From Zygnema circumcarinatum SAG 698-1b (taxonomy: Eukaryota > Plantae > Zygnematophyceae), in NCBI GenBank assembly GCA_037447605.1, contig CM074821.1:372001-436000 (forward strand): DNA of 64,000 nucleotides, given 5' to 3'. A program made the translations under genes and the position numbers. This document shows, one piece after another, positions 1 through 10,600 of the stretch. The stretch's first letter is position 1, and every line of letters starts with the position of its first letter. The notes beneath the pieces were generated by a model. It was not told where the DNA came from. It did no database searches and saw only the letters and a list, made by a program, of their open reading frames with translations.

Positions 1-377
1 TCAAAATTCCAAGTTAATCTCTCAAACTTAAGGTACTTTGCTTATGCAGTGACTATTCGATGAACTATAAAAGTTTGATACAAAAAGACCTTCACTAATT
101 CACATCAGAGGATAGTACAGGAATATAAATTTCCCCCTCCTCTTAATCACCAAAAGACAAGCTTTTCTCCTCGCCTTCGGCATCTACAAAGGGAAAACAA
201 GAAAACCCTTCTGAGGAAAATATTGACATGCTTTACCTCAGAAGAAACTTCTTCTTCTCCTTTCCCCCCCCTCCCCTCTCCCTGTACGCCAAACATCAAA
301 CTTACTTTCCGCAAAAAAAATCACGAGAGGCGTCTCTCTGTCTATTCAAAACTCGAGAAGACTCTCCCACTGGTTCT

Positions 378-417
378 CCAATGGTTGCCAACCATTGGAA
401 ATCGTCCAACCATTGCC
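378..417. repeat. Dispersed ~40-bp palindromic motif (CCAATGGTTG-C-CAACCATTGG core), copy 1
   Basis: Perfect 10-bp inverted arms with a 1-nt spacer at 378-398, followed by AAATCGTCCAACCATTGCCA. A near-identical copy lies at 18630-18667 and degenerate copies at about 7156-7300. Confidence 0.75.
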
Positions 418-670
418 AACTAATGGTTGGATGGTAGACAAAGGACCCCTTCTTCCTGTAAGCTCTCATGGCAGAATGTTCTAAGCTCCTTCTGGGACCA
501 ACATCTTCACCCTTTTAAACTTCCCCTGAGGAGACAACAACATTCAGCCAGGATTGCTTCCCACGTATACTCCCTTATCTCTTCTTTAACTTTTACTCAC
601 ATATACACTAATATATTACAACCGAATCTCCAGTCTAAAACTCTGGAAAGATCGGTGCTGACTGGTGATT

Positions 671-2209
671 TCAGAGGATGCAGGATTTCATAAGACCCTT
701 TTCAAGAGCCAAGCTTTCAGCGTATGTGGCGAGGTATCGCAGATTGAGACCTGACCAAAAATTGATGAATGTGAGAGCATCGTCTTTTGTGCTTCCGGGA
801 GGCAGAGGGAGCCAATAGCATTGCTGCACAAGGCTCATTTCTCGCCCTCCAATTATGACCTCCTTCACATGTGTAGCCACAGAAGCGTTCTGCATCATTT
901 CAGGAGAGATAAAAAAAAAAAGAACAGTTTTAGAAAAAAAGCGGAAAATAGGGCACCCCAGAAAAGTAACCAGAGGAAGACCTGAAAACTAACCAAGGTC
1001 CCAAGACCTTGGTCAGAAAAACTTCAAAGGCACCCTAGACCATGCTAACCCTCAACACCTCAAAACAGCAAACAAAGCAAGAATCATCCAAAGTAGTTCA
1101 ACCCAACAGACCCCAATTCAAACAATCCAAAATACTCCCCATTGCAAACGAAAAGAAATACCAACCAATCCAGAAAGCACCCCGAATCTTCCCCAATCCT
1201 CCCAAATCACTCCAGAAACCCCCCCTCCAAATCTAGAGTTACCCCCACCCTTCACCCCCCCGTTCCAAGTGCCTCAAAAAATCAAGCCTCTCCCACCCGA
1301 TTCAAATTTCTCTCCGATTCTAGCCCCCTCATCCAATTCCTCCCCAAATCTAGACCCTCCCCCCACCTCCTTAAAATTCCGCCCGCAAATCCTCACCAAA
1401 CCCACCGACCATGCCCCCTCCCCAAACGCCCCCCCCACCCCCCCCCCTCTCCCCTCACTTACTCTCCCCCCGCTCCCTCTCTACCTCTCTCTCCCACCCC
1501 CGCCCATTTCTCTCCCCTCTTCCTCCCCCCCCTCTCCCCTCACTTCCTCTCCCCCCGCTCCCCTCTCTTCCTCCCTCCCCCCCCCCGCCCATCTTCCTCT
1601 CCCCTCTCCCACCCCCCCCTATCCCCACTCTTCCACTCCCCCCTATCCCCTCTCTTCCACTCTCCCTCTTCCTCTTCCCCACCTCCCCCTCCCCCTCCCC
1701 CTCCCCCCCCCGCACCTCAAGTCCCGAGTCCCCCGCCACGACGGAGTAGAGCAGCGCTCTCGCCGCGTCGTCGCACGTGCGGACGCGCTCGCGGCGCCAC
1801 GTGCCCGCCCCGCCCGAGGCCTGCCGTACGACGCGCTGCTCCGCGCCGCCGCCCCCGCGCTCCGCCTCGCAGCGCCGCACAAGTGGGGCCCACCGCGCCG
1901 CGCCGGCGAAGTTGCGCACCACGCCCCACACCTGCATGCATGGGCATGCATGCAACCGGCCCTCACTGTTACAGTTACAGTTACAGTTACGCTTACGGTT
2001 ACTGTTACTGTGTGTGGTCTAGGGCGGCGGCTGGAGATTGAAAGAGCTCTGTCTCAGTTTTAGGGGCTACTCAGAGCACTACATTGTTGCACGTTGTGGG
2101 TATTGAAGCGTCTGTGAGGGTTCTCTAAAGAAAGATTGAAAAAAGGTATAACAAATGTGCAGTTTTTTCTTATTTGTTTTACTGGAAGAAGTAGGGAGGG
2201 AGAGAAGAG

Positions 2210-2269
<60 letters not shown>

Positions 2270-2301
2270 AGAGAAGAGAAGAGAAGAGAAGAGAAGAGAG
2301 A

Positions 2302-2368
<67 letters not shown>

Positions 2369-2504
2369 GTACGAGGTCGGGGGGGGCGTTGATCTGCTGC
2401 TCGAGGACGCTGCAGACGGTCTCCGCCTCGCCAGGGCCGCCGAAGGTCTCGGGTTCGATCCTCGCGGCCGCGCTTGGGACGGAAGAGGCGACAGCCATGG
2501 CCAT
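671..2504 (-). CDS. PYL: PYR/PYL/RCAR-like START/Bet v1-fold protein (188 aa, 3 exons), with divergent ligand pocket
   Basis: Exons are 2504-2373, 1931-1716 and 889-671, all phase 0 with GT-AG introns. The spliced protein ...CSVLEQQINAPPDL|VWGVVRNF...QRVVRQASGGAGTWRRERVRTCDDAARALLYSVVAGDSGLE|NASVATHV...SLVQQCYWLPLPPGSTKDDALTFINFWSGLNLRYLATYAESLA aligns colinearly with PYR1/PYL9 as recalled (APPELVWSIVRRF; SGLPA..TER..LDD; GGEHRL-NY; ESYVVDMPEGNSEDDT..F.....LNLQKLATVAE). Confidence 0.85.
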
Positions 2505-3460
2505 AGACCTCTCTCTCACCCCTTTCTCTCTCTCTCTTTCTTCTCTCTCTTCTCTCTCTCCCTCTCCCTCTCGCCCTCTCCCCCCCTCTCTACCTCTCTC
2601 TCTCTCCCTCTCTCCCTCCTTCTCTCCCTCTCTCTTCCTCTCTCCTTCTCCCTCTCTCTCTCCCGCTGTCACTTTCCCTCGTTCTCTCCCTCTCTCTCCC
2701 TCACCCCCTCTCTCGCTCTCTCCTTCAAAAAACGGATCAAGACAGAAGCTGGATGCTTCAGATTTGTTTTAAAGCTTCCAATTTTTTTTCCAAAAGCGAG
2801 CGAGGCCAGTAACGGATTCTGCCAGACCGTATTGTTCGTACACTATGTACGGATAGTCGTTATTGGTCGCCACGTGGAGGGCGACGGTCAAACCGACAAG
2901 TCAACAGTTGCCAACAGCGGGTCGTTTTCTCACACGTGCGGGTGACTACTAGAACCTTAAAAATGCAGTCAGGGACCAATCCGAAGTTGCCATGTGCGTA
3001 TTAATCAACGTGGCCATCGGTAATTGGATAATTTTTGCCACTCGACAAAACAAATTTTCAGGAGTCACAAAACGACAATACTGGATTTTTCGGTTTTTCC
3101 GGGCAGCAGAAATTGTTTCTGATTGGTCCAAATATTTGAGGCTCGGAGCAGTCCGCGACCGCACGTGTTGGCGAAGATTTTGAGGCCGAGATATGTGGAC
3201 ACATGCCACGTGACGAGCTTTGATTCGACTATTTTGTGACAATACCACGTGGTAAATTGTGATTCGTCATTTTCAGCACGGCCGTGCATGCCGAGATTTT
3301 GATTCGCTTATTGAGATATCGGCACGTGGCCTGCCACGGTGTCCCAATAATATCCAGCCGCAAGGTCATTTGTCGCGACTCGCGACCCATGTACTAATAT
3401 GTACGAAGTCACGTCTAAACCGACACGTTTCCATTACAGTACCCGCCCCTAATATTTTCT

Positions 3461-4526
3461 GGGTAGTGTTATTTCCACCCCTTTTTGGGATCCAAACACC
3501 CGTTCCCGACCGGGCAGATGTAAAAAAGGATTAAAAACGGAAAATGCTTTTTTCAGTCCTTTTTGGAATCGACACACACCTTTTCCGTCGGGCAGATATT
3601 ATTTTTGCAAAACATGGAAAACGATACCCGTCACCCCATTTTCAATATCTCGCTCCCCTGATTTTTTTTTTTGAGAGAAAAAAATATCGGCCTGCCCGAA
3701 TCCGCTCGGAGCGGAAGATCCGTCCGCCACGAGATCGTTCGCGGTTGGCCGTCCTTTACACGTGCAATCCATCTCAGCCGTCGATTTTCACGCATATCGC
3801 ACCAGGGCAGATCACCGTTAGATCTGTCGCCGGGCTCGGTCCAGCGAATGGCACGTGCCCACGTGTCCCGCCAAAGCCGGCTCGCAACTGCGAGTGCGCG
3901 CGTCCTCGGCCCGAGATCTCTGCAAAATTATGAGCTGGACCGGCCATCCTGTGGCGGCTCGCCATTGATAGCTGACAGCCAATCACCACCTGCCACATAT
4001 TCGATTGGATGACATGGCAATATGTGATTGGTCCAGGCTCTTAATATTTTTTTTTACGACATTTTGCGTTTCCTCGAAGTTGTGACAGTACGGATCCACT
4101 TTTTGACGGCTTTGGTGGGACACGTGGGAACGTGCCATTCGCTGGACCGAGCCCGGCGACAGATCTAACGGTGATCTGCCCTGGTGCGATCTGCGAGAGA
4201 ATTGACGGCTGAGATGGATTCCACGTGTAAAGGACGGCCAGCCGCGAACGATCTCGTGGCGGACGGATCTTCCGCTCCGAGCGGATTCGGGCAGGCCGAT
4301 ATTTTTTTCTCTCAAAAAAAAAAATCAGGGGAGCGAGATATTGAAAATGGGGTGATGGGTATCGTTTTCCATGTTTTGCAAAAATAAAATCTGCCCGACG
4401 GAAAAGATGTGTATCGATTCCGAAAAGGACTGAAAAAAGCATTTTCCGTTTTTAGTCTTTTTTTTACATCTGCCCGGCCGGGAAGGGGTGTTTGGATCCA
4501 AAAATGGGGTGGAAATAACACTACCC
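3461..4526. mobile_element. Non-autonomous foldback / long-TIR (MULE-like) DNA element
   Basis: Inverted arms of about 420 bp (3461-~3880 vs ~4107-4526) start GGGTAGTGTTATTTCCACCCC. The flanks are tattttct / tattttcg, an imperfect 8-bp direct repeat. No coding capacity. Confidence 0.75.
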
Positions 4527-4554
4527 TATTTTCGCCATGGTTTCAGCTGATATT

Positions 4555-4710
4555 AGGGGGTGTCAGACTTAACAAAATCTTACGAAAAGCGTTACGAAAA
4601 AAAAGGTTACGAAAGTACGCCGCAGGAGGATCGCGATTATACTGGAGTACTCGTTCTGATGTCAAACTTACGAACACGCGTACTGAAATTTTTTAAGTCT
4701 GACACCCCCT
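4555..4710. mobile_element. MITE family A (TIR AGGGGGTGTCAGACTT), ATT target duplication
   Basis: Terminal inverted repeats are visible, with ATT on both sides (4552-4554, 4711-4713). A second copy lies at 51203-51337. Confidence 0.8.
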
Positions 4711-4713
4711 ATT

Positions 4714-4914
4714 AGGGGGAGTCAGACCACGACCATCGCCAAATCAATCTCGTAAGCCTGTCGGGCGAATTAAGCATTGCTAGGTACGCATTTCAGTACG
4801 GCTGGCCTCGGCGGAGCCGCGGATCCCGACCCGGAATTCGTACACGAAAGAAGTGACTTTTAGTATAAGGAATTCGGGAATCTCAAAAGCGATGGTCAAG
4901 GTCTGACTCCCCCT
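4714..4914. mobile_element. MITE family B (TIR AGGGGGAGTCAGACC), ATT target duplication
   Basis: TIRs and ATT flanks are present. The interior is the reverse complement of the copies at 5775-5976 and 6295-6497. Confidence 0.8.
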
Positions 4915-5034
4915 ATTAGGCGGGCGGTCGTGGTTTCTCGAGACCGGCCTGCGGCCGTACTGTTAATCTCTGTACGGAGGCACATGACCGCCCGACGGGC
5001 CCTGTCGCGAGCTCCTATTGGCGTCGTACATTTA

Positions 5035-5583
5035 CCTACAAGGACCCCATGATATTTTCCACCTTCAACAGTGCGTCACCAATAAATTCGCACCGATTTT
5101 GCCGAAACCACCATTTTGTACGGTAGCTTTGTGTTAGCCGTACTATTCGTACTATTCGTACTAACCGTACTAACCATACTAACCGTACTATCTGTACTAG
5201 CCGTTACGGGCTTACGCAGAACTCACCTAATCTCCCCGCACGAGCCGCCGTAAGAGGCGCTCGCTCTTCTCCCCTTCTTCTTGGCGTCGATACGATACGA
5301 TACAATCAGATACGTCCCGATACCGTACTATCCGTACTAGCCGTACTAGCCGTACGATCTGTAGTACAGTAGTAGCCACCATAGTGTCAGTTGTCACGAT
5401 ACGATACGGTACGATGTGGTACTATTTGACAGCAAACGATACGATACGATATGTACGAGCCTACATAAACACTTAACATAATTCCGCTCGCCTATTGGTA
5501 ACACGGACCTTATATTTGCCAAATACAATATTTTCGCCCGAAGTTTGCCAAAACCATGGCGAAAATATCATGGGATCCTACTG
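5035..5583. mobile_element. Degenerate Tc1/mariner-like MITE (relative of 12351-13047)
   Basis: The interior matches the 12351 element (gatattttccacc...cagtgcg...ccgattttgccgaaaccacc...gccgtactat; tacgatacga runs; cgcctattggtaacacg..ccttatattt). The right end is ...gggatcctactg|TA; the left TIR is decayed. Confidence 0.6.
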
Positions 5584-5774
5584 TAATTAGTGCTCGTACA
5601 TATACCGTACATTTTAGAGAATTTATTCGTAAGTATCGTACAGCGGAATAGCGTGACCCATGTTCGAAAGTCGTTTCAATTAACAGATTTTGTATGAAAA
5701 ATAGGTCAGGTTAGGTTAACACCCCTAACACATTAACTTTGACTAAGTGCGGAGAAAAGTGGTTTCCTCCAAAT

Positions 5775-5976
5775 AGGGGGAGTCAGACCTTGACCATCGC
5801 TTACGAAGTTCCCGAATTCCTTATACTAAAAGTCACTTCTTTCGTGTACGAATTCGGGGTCGGGATCCGCGGCTCCGCCGAGCCCAGTCGTACCGAAATG
5901 CGTACCTAGCCAATGCTTAATTCGCCCGACTGGCTTACGAAATTGATTTGGCCATGGTCAAGGTCTGACTCCCCCT
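5775..5976. mobile_element. MITE family B copy
   Basis: Runs from AGGGGGAGTCAGACC to GGTCTGACTCCCCCT. The left flank is AAT; the right flank is not duplicated. Confidence 0.8.
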
Positions 5977-6294
5977 TGGGTAACGAAAGTACTCGGGTGG
6001 AAAATAGTAGGATGGGGGGGCTACTGTACTGAATGTTGCACCGACCAGAACGTCCAAAATCACCATGCGGACAGATTTGGATGCTTGCCAGCAAGCGCGC
6101 AAAACGACAGACGTGACGAGACTATCGGACGGTGGGAACTTGGGAAAAATCACGTCGAACGTGGCGCCCGATAAGTGGTTGCTCGTCTTTTGTCGGAAGC
6201 TTCTACGAAACAGAGAACCTGGCTCGAAATTCGCTTCGATTGTTGACGTCATCAATCACTGTTCCATAAACAGTTTCGGAAATTCTCGACAAAT

Positions 6295-6497
6295 AGGGGG
6301 AGTCAGACCTTGAACATCGTTTACGAAATTCCCGAATTCCTTATACTAAAAGTCACTTCTTTCGTGTACGAATTCCGGGTCGGGATCCACGGCTCCGCCG
6401 TACACATTTGTACCGAAATGCGTACCTAGCCAATGCTTAATTCGCCCCGACAGGCTTACGAAATTGATTTGGCGATGGTCAAGGTCTGACTGCCCCA
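6295..6497. mobile_element. MITE family B copy
   Basis: Near-identical to 5775-5976, with AAT on both flanks (6292-6294, 6498-6500). Confidence 0.8.
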
Positions 6498-7621
6498 AAT
6501 TTACACTTTTTTTTGGAGGCAGTAGAGCCTTCCTCACCTCGCGACAGGCTGTCCGTACGATACTCTGTATCTTCAGGATGTGCCCCTAACCTTAATTCCT
6601 GCTCGAGCTCGCAAATGCCACACCAAGTCACAGTTGTGAATGCGCATATCGACTGGTTTCCGTACATGGATGTGTCTTTAGCGGATAGACCGAGTCTATG
6701 CGGCCCTCTGATTGGTAAATCACAATTGGAACGTGCGGCTAGCACCGCTGTTGAATGAAAACAGGACAGGACTGTGAACGCATGTGCATAGATCACCAGA
6801 GTTTGCGCTGACTTCCGTTGACCGTTGGCCGGCCGGCCCGATTTCCTGCCGGCCACCCCGATTTCCTGCCGACCACAGACATTATTTCGCACCGACAAAA
6901 TTTCCCGACCGCATTATCCGGCAGCACGCAGCTTCCAGGAAACGTCTGTTCCAAAACGTTGAAGCTCCAAATACCGCGCAGAAACCCACTTCAAACAAAA
7001 AGCTTGCTCACGTCACCAAACATGAAACGTGTGTCATGACGGTGTCGACCATTGGATCGATTCTTTTGATCGGAAAGATGGGAAGCTGTGGAACCATCCG
7101 TTGGTGATCGATCGAACCAATGATTGGCAGCCATTAGATCCGCAAGGATGGCTAGCAACCATTGACAATCACTGCAACAACTGATGGGTGGACAGCCAAC
7201 CATTGGCAATGGCTGGAATCATGAGATTCAATGGTAGCCAACCCATTAGCAATGGTTCAAACCGTTGTCAACATACGTAGCCAACCACTGCCAATGGTTG
7301 CACCAGCAATGGCCCCACTGATTGCCGTACAGTTCGACATCGGTACAAGCGTTGTCAGTATTCAGTACAGTATTCACTAAACGTATTCAGTAACGTCCGT
7401 AACATCTGTCCTTACAATGACGTCACTTGCCGGCCGGCCTCAGTAACTGCCGGCTGGCGGTCCTCTGCCGGCGGGACCCTGGGCGGCATAAAGCCGCAGC
7501 CGGCCGGTGGGCAACTCCAGCGCTCTCCCGCCCTCCCTTCCATTTCAAATCGTTTTTATTTTATTATATATCGTAATTTTTTTGTTATCATAGAGAAATT
7601 TCTCCTTCTACGAGCTGCGAG

Positions 7622-10600
7622 ATGGGGACGGCGGACATTCTTGAAGCGGGTCAGCTCGAAGCTTAATTTAACCCATTTTCTTTCAGACGAGTGTGTGGGT
7701 GTGTTGGGGAGGGGAGGCTGAGAGACACGGGGAGGAGTGAGGGAGAGGGAGGGATACGAGAGGGAGAGGAGGGAGGGAGAGGGAGAGGGAGAGGGAGAGG
7801 GAGAGAGGATTTGGGAGGGAGTTGGAGTCCTGTGACATTGAGGAGAGAGAGCGAGAGGGAGGGAGCGAAGGGAGGGAGGGAGGGAGAGGGAAGGAGCTAT
7901 AGGGTAGGGGGTGGAGGGAGAGAGGTCCGAGAGGGGGAGGGGTGGAAGGAGTGGGTTGGAGGGAGAGGGAACGAGGTGGATGGGAGGATAGGAGAAAGGT
8001 GTGAGGAAGCGGGAGGGTGGTATCTAAGTGGAGGGGAGCAGAGGGAGGGAAGGGGATAATGGTGGGTGAGGGAGAGCCGAAGGGTAGAGGAGGGTGGGGG
8101 AGGGAAATTGTGAGTGGATAGAATCATAATGCGTAAAGTGAGAGAGGTAGGAAGTAGGGGAAGGAAGTGTGTGAGCATGTAGAGAGGGGTTCGTGGGAAG
8201 GTGAAGGCGACAGGACGGTGGAGGCAGAGAGAGAGAGGGGGAGGGAGAGAGAGAGAGAGAGGGAGAGAGTGGAGAGTGATATTGGGGGAGGGAGACAGGG
8301 AGAGGGGGAAATAGACATATGCTGATGCTCTCTAAGCGCCGGCAAAGTTGGGAGGAACGTCAATGGCTCCTCTTACTTGCCTTGGATGCATGCCAGTTCT
8401 CTCTCCCTCTCTCACTCACCCTCTATCCCCCCCTCCCTCCCTCCCTCCATAGTGAATTTTCACTTTATGTACAGTGTATTTTTTGTTGTACATCGTTATC
8501 GAGTATATTACAGAAAAGCGGGAAAAATGTGAGCTTGAAACTTATCTACGAATGTTTGCTCTACAGATTTCATAACAGCGGTTCCGTTCAATTCAACAGA
8601 AACTGAAACTGCCCCAAATATCGCACCAGATTTTACAACATTGATCGGCAATACGCCTCTGGTTTATATCAACAAGGTTTGAACGGTGGACTCTACTCAT
8701 AAAAATCATCAAACAATGTTATCATCATTATTTCTTTGCTTCCTTCTATTACAACCCCCAACCTTTGTCAATTTGTTTACGTGAGTTAAATTAGCACAGT
8801 TTTGGAATGTGAATCTTTCTTAAACGCGGAGATTAATCGTCATTTCATGTCCTGCGTATCTTAAAATATTTTATTATTTTTACTGATCTATCTCGCAGCT
8901 CGCTGAAGGATTGAATGCGAGAATTGCGGCGAAACTGGAGTATCTAAGTCCTGGAGGGTCTGTGAAAGACCGTATTGCTTTAAAGTGAGTGTTCCTCTCT
9001 CCTCTCTCACGCTCTTGCTTTCCTCCTAACTCCCCGTGTCTCTCCTCCCTATTCTCTCTCTCCCTCCCTCTTTTTCCTCCTCCTTCTCCTCCTCTCCCTC
9101 CCCCCCTTCGCTCCCTACCTCTCGTGCTTTCCTTCGGTCTCTCCGCCGCTCTTCTTCCTTTTCTCTCTCGCTTGTCCCTCCTTCCCTCCCCCACCGCTCC
9201 TCTCGCCCCACCCCCGACCCTTTCTTCTCCCTCCCTCAATTCCCAACATCCCCAAAACCTCCCCCTCCCCCTCCCCCTCCCCTTCCCCTTCTCCCTCCCC
9301 CTCCCCCTCCCCTTCCCCTTCCCCCTCCCCCTCCCCCTCCCCCTCCCCTTCCCCTTCTCCCTCCCCCTCCCCCTCCCCTTCCCTTCCCCCTCCCCTCCCT
9401 CCTCCTCCCTCCCCCTCCCCCTCCCCTCCTCCCCTCCCCTCCCCTCCCCCTCCCCCTCCCCCTCCCCCTCCCCCTCCCCCTCCCCCTCCCCCTCCCCCTC
9501 CCCCTCCCTCCCCTCCCCTCCCCCTCCCTCCCCTCCCCCTCCCTCCCCTCCCCCTCCCCCTCCCCCTCCCCCTCCCCCTCCCCCTCCCCCTCCCCCTCCC
9601 CCTCCCCCTCCCCCTCCCCCTCCCCTCCTCACAGCGCTGGCTGGCTGACTCCCTCCCTCCCTCCCTCCCTCCCTCCCTCCCTCCCTCCCTCCCTCCCTCC
9701 CTCTCTCAGCATGGTGGATGCGGCCGAGCGCGAGGGCGCGATCTCCCGCGGGCGGTCGGTCCTGGTGGAGGCGACCTCCGGGAACACGGGCGTGGGCGTG
9801 GCCGCGCTCGCGGCGGCTCGTGGTTTCCGGACGGTCCTGGTCATGCCCGACTCGGCCAGCGTCGAGCGCCGCCTCCTGCTGCTGCAGCTCGGGGCGAGGA
9901 TCGTCCTCACCGACCACAAGAAGGGGGTGGCGGTCAGTGCTCTCTCTCTCTCTTTCTCTTTCTCTCTCTCTCTCTCTCTCTCTGTCTCTGTCTCTCTCTC
10001 TGTCTCTGTCTCTCTCTCTATCTCTCTCGCTCTCTCTCTCTCTTTCTCTCTCTCTCTCACCTCTCGCTCTCTCTCTCTCACACACTTCTCGCTCGCTCTC
10101 TCTTTCCTCTCTCTCGCTTTCGCGCCCTCTGGATGGGTCCCCTTCCCTTCCCTACTCTCCCTCTCTCTTTCTCTTTCACTCCACCTCGCTTCCACTTGTC
10201 ACACGCGTTCACGCGTTGTTGCTTCGTTTCCTGAGAATTGTATCCACTCGTTCTGTGGGTCTCACTCTCTGTGTCTGCATTCGCATCCCTTCGTTCTCTC
10301 TTCCGTTCTCTCTCGTACTCTCTCCCTCTTTCTCACCTTGTTGATCACCGTTCTGCTGCATGCAGTCCCTAACCCTTTCCAGCACTCCCCCCCTTTGCAG
10401 GGTGTCTTTGAAAAACTTGAGGAGGTTATGCAGAAGACCCCCGACGCATATTCCTTGAATCAGTTTGAAAATCCGGTGAACGTGGCAACGCATGAAAGGA
10501 CAACCGGCCCTGAAATTTGGCGAGATACAGCCGGAAAAGTCGACATTTTTGTAGCGGGAGTGGGGACAAGCGGCACTATCGGTGGAGTTGGAAAATATTT

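Noticed and set aside
1142-2945. Long Pro-, Ser/Leu- or Arg/Glu-rich ORFs (e.g. 1142-2041, 2079-2672, 2136-2945)
   Set aside because: These are translations of CT/GA microsatellites and GC-rich antisense frames. Only the short PYL exons inside them are coding.
2870-3430. Many ACGTG/ABRE-like motifs upstream of the PYL-like gene
   Set aside because: CACGTG-type motifs are common throughout the intergenic and TE-derived DNA of this window, so enrichment cannot be claimed by eye.
3544-4442. Pair of similar ~130-aa ORFs on opposite strands
   Set aside because: They are a by-product of the foldback inverted repeat and show no recognisable protein motif.
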